Source of the DNA: Octopus vulgaris
Lineage: Eukaryota
DNA: 64,000 nucleotides
NCBI GenBank assembly: GCA_951406725.2
Contig: OX597830.1
Coordinates: forward strand, 63,054,001-63,118,000
Direction: 5' to 3'
Shown: piece after piece, positions 38,473-51,912 of the stretch
How the letters are laid out: every line of letters begins with the position of its first letter
Position numbering within the stretch: the stretch's first letter is position 1
Notes under the pieces: model-generated
The model's input: the letters and a program-made list of their open reading frames with translations, nothing else
What the model was told of the DNA's origin: nothing
The model's database searches: none
Program-made: the position numbers and the translations under genes

Positions 38473-41269
38473 CAAATGAATGAAGAAAAAATATGTATAG
38501 TGTGTGTGTGTTTGTGTGTGGAAAAAAAAAAAAAGAGAGACCATCCCGAAATACTACAATATATGTATATATATATATATATATATATAAAAAAATCCAG
38601 TGTAAAGTGGTAAGCATTAGGAAGAACATACAGCTGTAAAAGCCATGCCAAAGCAGACAATGAAGTTCAGCACATTCCTCTGGCTTACCAGCTCCTGTCA
38701 AAGCATCTAATTCATGCCAGCATGGAAGATGGATGTTAAATGATGATGGTGGTACACGCACACACACACACACACAACCTATTTTATATATAATTGCTGA
38801 AGTTATCAAGGAAGCAAGTTATAAATAAACAGTGTTGGACTAACATAGGACAGAGTATGGCATGGTTGGAATGGATTTTAATCATTAGTTTATCTGTTCA
38901 GTCAGGATTGATGTGGGGCTAAACAACAATCTTACGTAGCTAAACTGGACACTGAAGAGAGCAAAACATCTCCTGACTCCCACGGCCCCCTCTTTTGTCA
39001 GTATCTGTGGTATGGTCGTCAGCTCATAAACGGTGGCATGGCATATCTAGAGCAACAATTATGTGGGTCACACCTAATTGGTTGGTCGATTATTTGTGTG
39101 ACAAAAAGTTTGCTCAACCAGCGCTGACCTGGAACTGCAATAACAACCGAAACCAAGCTGCAAAGGTGAAAGTGCTGGGTGAATAAGGTATCAATCTATC
39201 AGTTATTGATCACAAGACAGAAATCAATGTTGTAGCTGTGAACAAATCACTGATTTCTGCTTTATCGTTGTTTACGTCAACTATCACTTTTAATCTTCAA
39301 GACAATCTTGGAATGTGGCTGGGGGTACATTGGCATTTTACAAAGAGAGAAAGACCATCTTTTGTGGGGATGTTCCCCCCCCCCTCATCTATCTAATAGA
39401 TTGAAGCTTAAACTAAACCCTTATTGATTGTGAACCCTTTCAGAACAGGTGTTGGGGTTGGTGTTGGTAGTGTTTACCTCTACCTTGAAATGACATGGGG
39501 CTGGCTTGTCAATTTCAACCCAATGGTTTACAGATATGTAGAATCTTATCTGCTCTCTTTACTGTTGCCTCGTTTTCTGTTTTGTAGGTAAGGCCACAAA
39601 ACAATGACAGTTGTAAGAACAAAACTTCTGAGTGCAGTTACTTCCCTTCCTCTTTGTCTATCTGTCTGTCTCTCTCTCTCTCTCTCTCGCACAATATGTA
39701 TAATACACAGGCACAGCTGTGTGGATGGGGAGATTGCTTTGTAATCATTTGCTTTCAGGTTCTGTTCTGCTGTGCTGCACATTGGGCAAGCGCCTTATGA
39801 CTGATGCCTTGTGAATGGAATTAGCCAATGGAGACTGTATGGAAGCTACATGTTGAGGGGCAGGAGGTGTATATATGTGGACAGTATTTGAACACTTTGA
39901 GATGATATTATTTCCCATCACACCAATAACAGCCTACCAGCAAATGCACGGTTGCACAGTGCATATATACATTAAGTATATATGTGGTTGGTAATGTTTA
40001 TTTACTACACTAGCATGGAAAACGTATAATGTGTGCATGGATGTACATGCTAAACTAAATAACTGCAATGGTGTTGCTCTAGCCAGTTGATTCGTTAGCC
40101 AAATAAAAAAATTATCCAGTAATTCATTAACAAATAGATGTTTGTTTAGGGAGCAATTCATATTTACATATATTTTCAACTACACACACAACTGTGCAAG
40201 CAATTAAACAAATTTCTAGCTCATTAAGTTACATGAATTCACAAATGATATGATTGAGTGGGAGAAGTTGTAGTTATTTTAAGAGGTCTCTACAGGCCTT
40301 GTTAATAACAGCGTTGGTCTACTGGCTTAAATGGGTTGAGTTTTTCACTGGTACTGCACCCAACACTTTCCTTTGGAACTTACTATGTTTAATCATATAA
40401 ATCGCGCCCCTAATTTAGTGTTAAATCTTGGTACAAATTTTTTTCCTTTAATAGTTTTAGCTTTGCCCCATGTAAGTCACACCCCAGTTTTTTCAGTGAA
40501 AATCAAATAAAAAAAAATTGTGTGACTTATACACAAGTAAATATAACTCTTGTTAGCCAGGTCACCTAGGGGTATTAGGTGGACATACAGTTTATTGCTT
40601 TGCTTGGTACATCTAGCTTTACGCGAGCTTAATTTAATTTGTCCTTAATCGAAAGGCACCTGTTATGCCCTGTTATTATTTTTTTTGTATTCGTGTAACA
40701 TTGTCCATTTTTTTTCCTTCCTTGTTTTTGTATACATTCACTACTTTCTCTCAAGGAATCTAATGTTCTTAGCTTAATTTTTCCTTGGGGCTGGCCAGAT
40801 TGGAGCAATCTCAAGAATAATCAGCTGAAATTGCAAAAATAATCTGGTACTTGACTGAGGAAAGAAAACTCCGAATGACCCGTTCTTGTTTTCTTTGTAT
40901 CGTCTAGCTGGATGTTTTGTTGTCCCTTTTCGTATCGCCTAGCTGTCCGGATGTTTTGCATTCTTGTCCCATTTTGTATTTTATATGTATATATATATAG
41001 CAGTGTACGTACACTTAGGTCTCTGGCTTTAAGTAGGTACAATGAGGAAGTAGAGATCAACATTGTGCTCAGTCCTAAATATAAGAAAGTACACTGTTGA
41101 TAATGTCGATCTATGCAATCATTTCACTCTATCATACAACTTAACTGATTGATTGGTTGATTAATTAAATCTTCATTAGTTGTAAGAATACACCAATATC
41201 TTAATCACTTGACACCTACATGTCATGATCCAATAACTCTTGAAATTAATATTGGGCTGTTCTTGCTAC

Positions 41270-41500
41270 CAGGGCTAACAGTGTTTGAGGATGTTCTTGT
41301 GTGGCTGTTAGCCCTTGCAGCTATATAGGAACACCTCATGGTAGTTAGCCCTAACACCACGTTAAATTGTTCTGGTGTAGCTGTGAGGGCCTAACACCAT
41401 ATGAAACGATCCTGGTGTAACTGAGGGCTGCTAACATCACGCTAAGCTGTCCAGTGTAGATGCAAGGGCTCGCACCACAAGAAGCTGACCATTGCAGTGA
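41270..41500. repeat. ~40-bp hairpin-unit minisatellite in both orientations
   Basis: ctaacacca-N13-tggtgt..gagggc units at 41351, 41391, 41431, ~41470; inverted unit at ~41308-41352. Confidence 0.75.
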
Positions 41501-42329
41501 TCATATGTATGCCATGAAATAACATCTTTTGAAAAAGTTAATCCATTCTCCCCCTTTCTGTGTTCAGTATAACATGTAGGCATGGGATGGGTCCATAACT
41601 GCTACATGTCATGGGGTAGGGGAACTGTAACTGCTACATGTAGAGGGCAGGGATGCTGTAGCTGCTTTGTATATATAGAAGACATTATCCAATGTGTCCT
41701 CCTTCAAGACAGTAAGGTGTAGTTTGTGAAAGATTTGGCTGTTATTTCTAGCAGACCATATAGGAGCTCATTGTTTACTTGCTAAATATGTTTTCAGAGT
41801 GAGAAAGCTATTATATAAAGCCAACAGATTAACTGCAGCAGAGTAAACAACATTAATAATAATAATAATAATAATACAGAAATTAGAACTGCCGATGGAG
41901 TTGACAACAGTAAAATGGCAAAGTTTACTTATCATTTCATATCTCATGTAAAGTAGAATAGCTTACTGATGTGCTCTAACCTGTCTTTAGCCTTTTGTTG
42001 TACTAAATATAATATCTGGCCAAATATATGAAGCAGAGTTTCACAATCAAAATGGGTGTCACAAAATCTTAAAAACCATCATCATCGTCGTCGTTTTAAC
42101 GTCCACTTTTCTATGCTGGCATGGGTTGGACAGCGTTCATTGAGGCAGATGGATGCTCTCCCTGTTGCAAACCTTCACCTGTTTTCAAAGCAAGTTAATA
42201 TCTCCTCATGGCTGGAAAATGTTTTTTGCAGAATGTTGGAAATAAATGACACTGCTTGTCTGACAGTGATAATCATTTACAACTATCATGTGATGTCAAG
42301 ACAAGCAGTCATAAACACACACACACACA

Positions 42330-42418
<89 letters not shown>

Positions 42419-42419
<1 letters not shown>

Positions 42420-43087
42420 TAGCTGATGTACCTAGTAATTCCTGGGAAAGCAGGGCTTATCCTTTGGTTTCGTTTTCATAATTGTTTCACTAATCCAATA
42501 GCAACAATACAAAGTATGTAGCCCTTAAAACGGTTTTTGTGCAATTACAGAGAATACCAAACTGTCTTACACAGGATTTTGTTTTTAAGAATTCTCAATA
42601 AGTTATGAATACCCAAATTGTGAAGTCAGTTATGTAATAACATGAAATTAGTTACTTGATAGTAAGAATTAAATAAAGTAGCCCCAAAATGGGCTTCATT
42701 GTGTTTCCAGAATATGTAGAACTTTTGACGAAATACTAATAAGGTATGTGTACTAAAATCGTGAAACATGTTACATAATAACAGGTTAATCAGATGTGAG
42801 ATAATAACAGTTCAAAGTAAATAACTCTGAAAAAGGGCTTTTGTGCATTCTCAGAGAATATTACCCTCAGGGGTGCTAGTGTTTGTATATTCGTGAATAA
42901 GTCACTAACCGAAATAAGTGGATCTATTGTTCAGGAAAATAGTATTTACTTGTTTAAGGGTTGTACTGGATAAATTGCTAAAATAACTCTAACCATTCAA
43001 ATACTAAGAAATAAGCATATCCTATTTCATTTTTACCAAATAATTTAGGAAAATGAATGGGTTATTTCCCTTGGCTATATATAAGGA
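42419..43087 (-). mobile_element. Non-autonomous Helitron-like element with internal degenerate tandem repeats
   Basis: Minus strand A|TCCTTATATATAG ... degenerate subterminal hairpin ... CTAG|T. Confidence 0.6.
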
Positions 43088-43411
43088 TCCCTTCAGAAGG
43101 CTGCACCAGGCTTCAGTCTGATCTGGCAAAGTTTCTACAGCTGGATGCCATTCCTAACACCAACCACTTCAAGAGTGTAGTGGATGCTTTTATGTGCCAC
43201 TGGCATGAGGGTCAGTGTGTGTGTATATATATATATATGATATATGGCTGTTTTGTAAGAAGCTTGCTTTCCAACCACATGGTTCTGGGTTCAGGCCCAT
43301 TGCATGGTACCTTGTATGTCTTTTATAGCCTTGGGCTGACCAAAACTTTGTGAGTGGGTTTGATAGACAGAAACTGATAGAAGTCAACAATCTATACACA
43401 GGCACACATTG

Positions 43412-43760
43412 TGGCACTCTGTCAGTTACGATGATGAGGGTTCCTGTTGATCCGATCAGCGGAACAGCCTGCTTGTGAAATTAATGTGTAAGTAGCTGAG
43501 CACTCCACAGACACATGTACCCTTAATATAGTTCTCGGGGGGTGGATTCAGTGTGACACAGAGTGTGATAAGGCTGGCCCTTTTGAAATACAAGTGCAAC
43601 AGAAGCAGGAAGAAGAGTACAGCAAGGTTCACCACCACCCCTGCTGTTGCCTCGTGGAGCTTTAGGTGTTTTTGCTCACAGTGCCCAGTCTGGAAATCGA
43701 AACCACAATCCCACATCCGCGAATCTGCTGCCCTAGGCACTGGGCCATTGTGACTCCCCA
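43412..43760 (-). repeat. SINE family (gaaattaacgtgcaagtggctgagcactccacag core); other copies ~12930-13250, 46145-46460, 50060-50370, 53990-54310
   Basis: Multiple dispersed homologous copies in the window, with a tRNA-like head at the right end. Confidence 0.75.
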
Positions 43761-45569
43761 TATACACACGTGTGTGTCTGTGTCTGTGATCCCCACTCCA
43801 TGGCTTGGCAACTAGAGTCGATTTGATTGACTAAAAATGTTTCAAGCTGGTGCCCCAGCATGGCCACAGTCGACTGAAACAAGTAAAAGATAAAAGATAT
43901 ATATTTAAAATTGTTTTTACAATGAGACTCAGAGTAGATAAAGCTCCAGATAATGGCTATTTGTCACTTTATCTGTTTTGAGTTCAGCTTAGTTTCATGT
44001 CTCGAAGTTTCTAAATGCTTATGACCTTAACAGCACACACGCACGCACATGCACACACACGCACGCACACACACACATGCGTGCATGATTATCTTCTTTC
44101 AGTTTCCCTCTACTAAATCCACTCAACAACTGAGTTGGCTCAGGTCTTTAGTAGAAGACTCTTGGCCAACGTGCCATGCAGTGGGTCTGAACCTGGAACC
44201 ATGTGGTTGGGAAGCAAACCTCTTAACCACACAGCCATGCCTGTTATTTCTTGTTTATAATCAGGAATCACTTTGGTTCTGATCAGATGCTAAATCTTCA
44301 ACAAAACTTAAGTGATGTTCACAGCAGAGTTCTGCCCACATCTGTGGGCTGCTCCTACTTGTTCTTCACACTCTAGCATTCTGGAGTGAATCCAAAAGAA
44401 AACCATTCTATAGATTTCAATCACTGGCTCACAGACACACTACTTCTTCTCTTGCTGCTCCTCTCTCTCTCTCTCTCTCTCTCAACCGACTAGCTGTATA
44501 CTTCATACACTAGGAGCCTCCCATCTGAAGCTCCTCTCTCTTTCTCTCTCCCTCTCCCAGATTTTGAACCTCAAGGCTCATCTCACACTCTCCACAACAG
44601 TGGTCCTCTACAATTGTATCTTTTATCTTTTACTTGTTTCAGTCATTAGACTGTGGTCATGCTGGGGCACCGACTTGAAGAATTTTTAGTTGAATGGCTT
44701 GACCCCAGTACTTTCTAAGCCTGGTACTTATCCTGTTGGTCTCTTTTGGCAAACTGGTAAATTACGGGAACATAAGCACACCAGCACCGGTTGTCAAGCA
44801 GTTGTAGGGGACAAACACACACACACGATGGGCTTCTTTCAGTTTCAGTCTACCAAATCCATTCACAAGCTTTTGGTCAGCACAAGGCTATAGTAGAAGA
44901 CATTTGCCCAAGGTACTATGCAGTAGAACTGAACCCAGAACCATGTTGTTAGGAAGCAAACTTCTTACCACACGGCCACATCTATATTTTATCCTTTTAG
45001 CTACAGGTTTAGCTGTGTGGTTTAGAAGCATCCTTTCTAGCCCTTCATTCTGGGTTCAGTCCCAATGTGTGGCACCTTGGGCAACTGTCTTCTATAAACC
45101 TGGGCCAACCAAAGCCTTGTGAGTGGATTTGGTAGATGGAAACTGAAAGAAGCCTCTGTATGTAGGTGTAAGTTATCTTGACATCATGAGTGTTTCTGTC
45201 ATATAAGCAGTATCCTTTGTTTCCGTTCTTCCATGAAAACATGCCGAGCCACGGAAAATTATTTTACTGGGAAGTGGATGAGGGTTGGCAACAGGCAGAG
45301 CACCCAGCCATAGAAAATCTGCCTCAACATATCCTGTCTGCCCTATATAAGCAAGGAAAGATAGACATTAAAATGATAATGATGTTCAAACTGAACATCA
45401 ACCACATCGGTATAGGAGAAGTGTGGGCTCTGCCCCACCTTCTTTGCTTCACATTAAAAGCAAAATACAGAGTTATCAAATAGATGACAACTCATTCTAA
45501 TAAATCACAGGAGAAAATACTTGAAGCTCGGAAAACTAGTGATGTCTGTGTGTTGGCAGTAAATTCTTT

Positions 45570-46025
45570 GGCTGTCCATCATAAGTCGATGTTGACTGTT
45601 CTTGTTCAATAATTGTCTTTGGCAAACTCGCAGGTGGACTACGAGGCCTGATCTTGATCAGCAGCAGCGATGACATCTGCTGCAGGTAAACCTTCTTGAT
45701 GCAGCAGAGAAGTGATGTCTCTCATGTGCTCTTTTGTATTCTCTCTGTTGTTTCTCTCCAATGGCTGGAATTACGAGCTTCAGCGGTTGGTGTCACTCAT
45801 TATGCTGCAGGGCCCCTTCTTTCCACGGATCAGCAGGGTTGCTAGAGTTCTTCATAGGTCTCTTCAGCACTTCCTTGTAGCACAACCTCTGGCCACCATG
45901 GCTTTGTGTGCCCTAATGGAGTTCAGCATTGGAAAATTATATATATATTAGAAAAGAAGGCAGCTGAGTCCCCAAAGAAATTCGAGTTTTTGACCTTCAA
46001 TTTACTAGACTGGTGCTCTAACCAA

Positions 46026-46056
<31 letters not shown>

Positions 46057-46477
46057 CATCATCATCATCATCATCATCATCGTTTAGCGTCCGTTTTCCA
46101 TGCTAGCATGGATATATATATATATATATATATATATGCATGCATGGCACTCCATCGGTTATGATGATGATGATCCAATTAATGAAACAGCCTGCTCGAG
46201 AAATTAACATGCAAGTGGCTGAGCACTCCACAGATATGTGTACCCTTAATGTAGTTCTTGGGCAGATTTAGCATGACACAGAGTGTGACGAGGCTGGCCC
46301 TTTGAAATACAGGTACAACAGAAACAGGAAGAAAGAGCGAGAGAAAGTTCACCACCACCCTCTGCCATAGTGTTTTTGTTTAATAAACACTCACCATGCC
46401 TGGTCTGGGAATCGAAACAACCACAAGTCCACTGCCCTAACCGCCGGGCCATTGTGCCTCCACTATATATATACATA

Positions 46478-46519
<42 letters not shown>

Positions 46520-47175
46520 GAGTATGGAGACTTGTACATCCACTGTTTTTATTTTACAGTTAATATGCAGCATATTACAATGACCTACACACGTCTCCAC
46601 TGCAGCAGCTGCACATTGATGCAGATTGCAACATTGTCAGTGTATTTCCATCAGGGTCTGTCCACTTGGTGTTTTTTGAAGTGAACTGGTTGCATATATG
46701 TTTATATTCATATCTGCTGCTTCTTTGGTTATCCGTTGTAGGTCGATGTTGACTGTTCCTGTTCAGAAATTGTCTCTGGCCGGCTTGTATGTAGGCTACC
46801 AGGCCCCCTCTTGATCTGCAGCAGTGATGACATCTGCTGCAAATGAACTTACTTGATGCAGCGGAGAAGTGACATCTCTCATGGGCTCTTTTGCATTCTC
46901 TGTGTTGTTTCTTTTGATTGGGTAAAATTTTGAGCTTCAACAATCAGTGCCATTTATTGTGCCACAAGGCCTTCTCCTCCCAGGTGTCTGGGGAGATGCT
47001 GGAATCCTTATATCTCTTGTACATCCCTGTATCACAACCCCTGGCTGACCATGGCTCCGTCTGCTCTGACACAGTTCAGCATAGAAAACTGCCTTTGAGA
47101 GCCTGTTGCTCTCCATCCTGTAAACACATCCTGCCCACCACAACTGCAATGAGGTAACACATCCCACCCACTCTG
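45570..47175 (-). mobile_element. Two decayed RTE LINE 3' fragments (45570-45930 and 46727-47175)
   Basis: LQLWWAGCVYRMESNRLSKAVFYAEL..RRSHGQP and C-terminal zinc knuckle CSRCHHCCRSRGGLVA, typical of RTE/BovB-like ORFs. Confidence 0.8.
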
Positions 47176-48227
47176 TTGCAAACAAGGAAAAGGTGGACAT
47201 TAAAATGCTGTTGATGTTCAAACTGAACCTCAGCCACGTAGGATCATGGGCTCTGTTCTGCCTGCTTTGCCTAACAAGCTCAGAAAACTATTGATGTCTG
47301 TCTGTTGGCAGTAAATTGCTTTTTATTAATTCAGCTAAATATAGAGAAACATTGTAGAAACATTGCCAGATAAGACTGGAGCCTGGTGCAGCCTTCTGGC
47401 TTCCCAGATCCCCGGTCGAACCATCCAACCCATGCTAGCATGGAGAACGGACGTTAAACGATGATGATGATATAAAACTGCTGTTAATGAAATGAAAAAT
47501 ATTATTGCCATATTTGATGGTGTAAAAAATGTATGGGTATATTAAAGAAGCCCTAAAAATCAGTCATGTGTATTGAAGGAGTGGGGAAAATGTTTTAGTG
47601 CCTTAACTTCTTAGCATTTAAACTGGCCATGTCCGGCCTTAATGTTCTTCTTGTTCTCTGTTCAGACCAGCCAGATCTGACCTCTCACACCTATCTTACA
47701 ATCTCACTCTAAAAATAAACAATCACGTCATAGAAGTTTTGAAGCTATGAGATAATGCATGATTAATTCAAAATGGTGTGAATAAATAAGCATTAGATCT
47801 GACTGAGTAATCTAAAGGGTCAAAGCTTATGGGGTGGGGTGGGGGGTAACTTTGCAAAAAGGACCCAAGGTCTTTGAGGTTTTTGGGGTATGAGAAAAGT
47901 GTATCTCGTACCATTAATTAGAATACTATTAAATGAAATGAAAACAATAGTACTGTTGTTAATTATATTAATAAATTACTGTCATTAATTATATGACTAT
48001 CGTTAATGAAATTAGTGAATTATTGTCGTTAATGAAATTTATAAATTACTCTTCTTAATGAAATTCATTTGTTAATAAAATTTAAAAAATGGTCATTAAT
48101 GAACTAAATGAATCACTAATTGTGAATGAAATGAAAATCAAATCAAAAGCACCATTGTTAATAAAATATTTTAATTAATAAAATTTGCACTTTGGGAATG
48201 TTATTAATGTTTTATGAGTTTATGTGT

Positions 48228-48273
<46 letters not shown>

Positions 48274-48486
48274 TTCTGCTATGTTGTTTCAGTTTACAAC
48301 ACATCAATTACCCATTAGTTTAGTTTACGTAACTGTGAGGAAGTGTCAGGTATAAGGGACTAGCAGCTTATCCAGGGGAATTCTTTTTACCTTTTTGTTA
48401 GTTTAGAGCATTGATTCTCATACCTGTCCACTTAATTTTTTTGTAGTTCATCTTCCTTTTTCACTGAATGTTGTTTTACAGCTATC

Positions 48487-48529
<43 letters not shown>

Positions 48530-48768
48530 GATAAACTTAATTGGAAAAAAGATGCATGGCGTTCAATCAAATAATAATATAAATTATATATATATATCTC
48601 AGGAGTAGCTATAGGTGCAGGAGTAGCTGTGTGGTAAGTAGCTTGCTTCCCAACCACATGGTTCAGTCCCACTGCATGGCACCTTGGGCAAGTGTCTACT
48701 ATAGCCTCAGGCCAACCAAAGCCTTATGAGCAGATTTGGTAGAAAGAAACTGAAAGAAGCCCATCATG

Positions 48769-48827
<59 letters not shown>

Positions 48828-49311
48828 TGTGTATCTGTGTTTGTCTTCTCACCATCGCTTGACAACCAATGTTGGTGTGTTTGCATCCCTGTAACTTAGC
48901 AGTTTGGCAAAAGAAACCGATACAATAAGTACCAGGCCTACAAAGAATAAATCCTGGCTGCAGTCAAATGACTGAAACAAGTGAAAAAAAAAAAAGACGG
49001 AAGTGGATTCTTGGGGTGTTGGGGTCAATGTAATCAATTTATTCTACCTACAAAATGACTAACCTTACATCAAAGTTTGAAACCAACATTATGTGGAGTT
49101 AAACGGTCATCTTCCAGGTATATTATTTCAGAATTATAAAATTTATGTCTCCTCTGTGGTCTCAACCTACACCTCTTGATAGGCTCATCTGCTCCTACTA
49201 CCATTATGTGCACCTTTTGTTCATGGAGGTAACTTGTCTTCCTGTTATTCTGTTCCATTTCAAATAACCAAACCTGTTTTTAAATGTTTTTGTCCTTTTT
49301 TTCCCCAACAG

Positions 49312-49514
49312 GGAGGTCAGAAACAACATCATCATCATCTTCATCTTCTCAACTGGTTCCTCCTCTTTCTTCTAATGAACTTCCTCTTCCTTACACCCCA
49401 ACACCCCAGGGTGGTATACCGATGATCAACTGCAAGGTTTGCCAGGCAATGATAAATATAGAAGGCAAACTTCACCAACATGTTGTCAAATGTAGTGTTT
49501 GTCACGAAGCCACG
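49312..49514 (+). CDS. TMEM55: TMEM55/PIP4P coding exon 2
   Basis: Polypyrimidine tract plus CAG acceptor, GTAAGT donor. Encodes (G)RSETTSSSSSSSQLVPPLSSNELPLPYTPTPQGGIPMINCKVCQAMINIEGKLHQHVVKCSVCHEAT, matching the family CxxC...HQHVVKCxxCxEAT block. Confidence 0.97.
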
Positions 49515-51683
49515 GTAAGTACAAATTCTCATTTCCCCCACATTTCATCATCATCGTGTTTTGTCTTGCTGTGGGACTTTCACTATCTTCATTGAACTGT
49601 ATTGTTTTCTCTGGACTGTACCAGTTCTATGCACATGGCTCAGTGGTTAAAACATGAGGTAGTGAGTTCGATTCTCAGACCAGGCTGTGTCTTGAGTTCT
49701 TGAGCAAGACACTTTACTTCCTGTTGTTTCAGTTCACTCAGCTTTAGAAATAATGTAATGTCACTGGTGCCAAGCTGTATCGGCCCCTTTGCCTTTCCTT
49801 TGGACAGCATTGGTAGCATGGAGAGGGGCAGGCTGGTATGCATGGGCGACTGCTGGTCTTCCATAAACAACCTTGTGCAGAGGGGAACTTTCTAGGTGCA
49901 ATCTCATGGTCATTCAAAACCAAAGGGGGTCTTCACCTTTTACTGTAATGTTTTGTCATGAGTGGTCCGTTGTCTTCCTTGGATTGTACCATTCGCCTGA
50001 GCTGTTCCATTTCCTCCAGACCATACCATATTCTACACTTTACTCTCATTGTGTCTTGCTATGATGACGATTGTTGTTCCAGCTGATTCGATCAACATAA
50101 AAGACTGCTCATGAAATTAACGTGCAAGTGGCTGAGTACTCCATAGATGTGTACCCTTAACATAGTTCTCCAAGAGATTCAGCATGACACAGAATGTGTA
50201 AAGCTGGCCCTTTGAAATACCAGTATGACTTACTTTTGCCATCTGAATGGACTGGAGTCATGTGAAATAAAGTTCCTTGCTCAAGGATACAGTGCATTGC
50301 TGGCTTTTGAACTCCTGACCTTGCGATCATGAGCCAAATACCCTAGTTGCTAAACCATGTGCCTTCACGAGTTCTATCATAATATTCCTTAGGAAGTGAA
50401 TTGGAGAGTTCTTAGAACATCAAGATAGAATGTTTCACAATATTTGTTTTGACTCTTTGAGTCAGAAACTTTGAAGGTCAACTTTGCCTTCCATTTTTTT
50501 AGAGCTGATTAAGAAAAAGAAGGGTAATAATCCATAATCCAGAGCAGTGGATTGGTCGGAACTGTATGTCATACAATAAACCTTGTAGTATTTGTTTGGA
50601 CTCTTAACCTTCTGAGTTCAAATCCTGTCCTGGCTCTACTTGGGTGGTTGGCATAATTTGATGCCCAGTCTGACATCATCACCTGGCCCCTTCAATGCAT
50701 TTTGTGGAGTCCACTCTGTGGTAAGGATTCAGACCAGGCCTCAGCTTCATCACCTTCTTCCTGGTTAAAAGATGAAAGAAAATACAAGCAAGTAAGTTAT
50801 ATATAAGTGTGTGGGGATGGGGGGCTGTGTGGTAAGAAATTTGCTTCCCAGCCATATGGTTCTAGGTTCAGACCTACTGCATGGCACCTTGGGCAAGTGC
50901 CTTCTTCCACAGCCTCTTTCTGACCAAAGCCTTGAGTGGATTTGGTAGATGCAAACTGAAAGAACCCCTTCCTATATGAATGTGTGTGTCTGTGTGTCTT
51001 TATTCTCTGCCTCTACTTGACAACCAGTGCTGATGTGTATGTCTGTAACTTAGCAGTTTGGCAAAAGAGACCAATAGAGTAAGTACCAGGCTTAAAAAAA
51101 ACAAGTCATGGGGCCAAGCCATTCAACAAAGAAATACTCAAAGGTGGTGCCCCAGCAGGACTGCAGTCTAATGACTAAAACTAATAAAAGATAAGATATA
51201 TATATATATTATGACAAGTTTCTTTCAGTTTCTGTTTTACTAAATCCACTTTCAAGGCTTTAATTGGTCCAGGACAGTAGTTGAAGACATTTACCCAAGG
51301 TGCCACACAGTGGGACTGAAACTGAAACCACATGGTTGAGAAGCAAGTTTCTCACCCTGACAATTGTACCTGTGTGTGTGTGTTTGTGTAATAAAATGGT
51401 TTACATCTAATGGTTTCTGCTATTCTAATATTGACTTTGTATCCCAAAATCTGAGAAGGTAATGAAGAATCTAACTTTGTTGTCTGAAGAATTATAACTT
51501 CACTGGTTGGTTTTTACTACAATATAACTCTCTCTTTCTGTTTATGTATGTATATGTATTTATATATATACACACACAATTTAAAAACAGGATAAAATCT
51601 TTAAAAGAATTTATCAAGTAGTTAGCATGAAAAATCTCAAAAGGGAAAAAAATTATTAATTATTCCCTTTAAATATATTTATT

Positions 51684-51912
51684 TATATCAAGGGCATTAC
51701 TACACATAAATGCCTCATACTACAAGGCACTCTTAAAGTCAAAACTACCATAATAAACCCATTGCACCGAACGCGAGGGAATGCAACTCTCAAAGCGAGC
51801 CTTTTAAAAACAGATTCAGCCACAGATTATATGATTTCATATGATTTGTGCACTAATTATGAAATCATACGATCTGCGGAGGCATTTATGTATAGTAATG
51901 CCCTTAATATAT
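51684..51912. repeat. Fold-back element with ~33-bp terminal inverted repeats and a nested inner inverted repeat
   Basis: aagggcattactacacataaatgcctc / gaggcatttatgtatagtaatgccctt; inner tatgatttcata / tatgaaatcata. Confidence 0.8.

Noticed and set aside
39218-39259. Hairpin CAGAAATCA...TGATTTCTG as a possible pre-miRNA
   Set aside because: Too short (~42 nt) and I recognise no mature miRNA in it.
41351-41500. CRISPR-like repeat/spacer appearance
   Set aside because: Eukaryotic context, degenerate repeats, 12-13-nt variable parts that are themselves related, and no cas genes.
44316-44611. Possible solo LTR (minus strand starts TGTAGAGG)
   Set aside because: I could not define the other end, a TSD or a PBS/PPT, so it is left uncalled.
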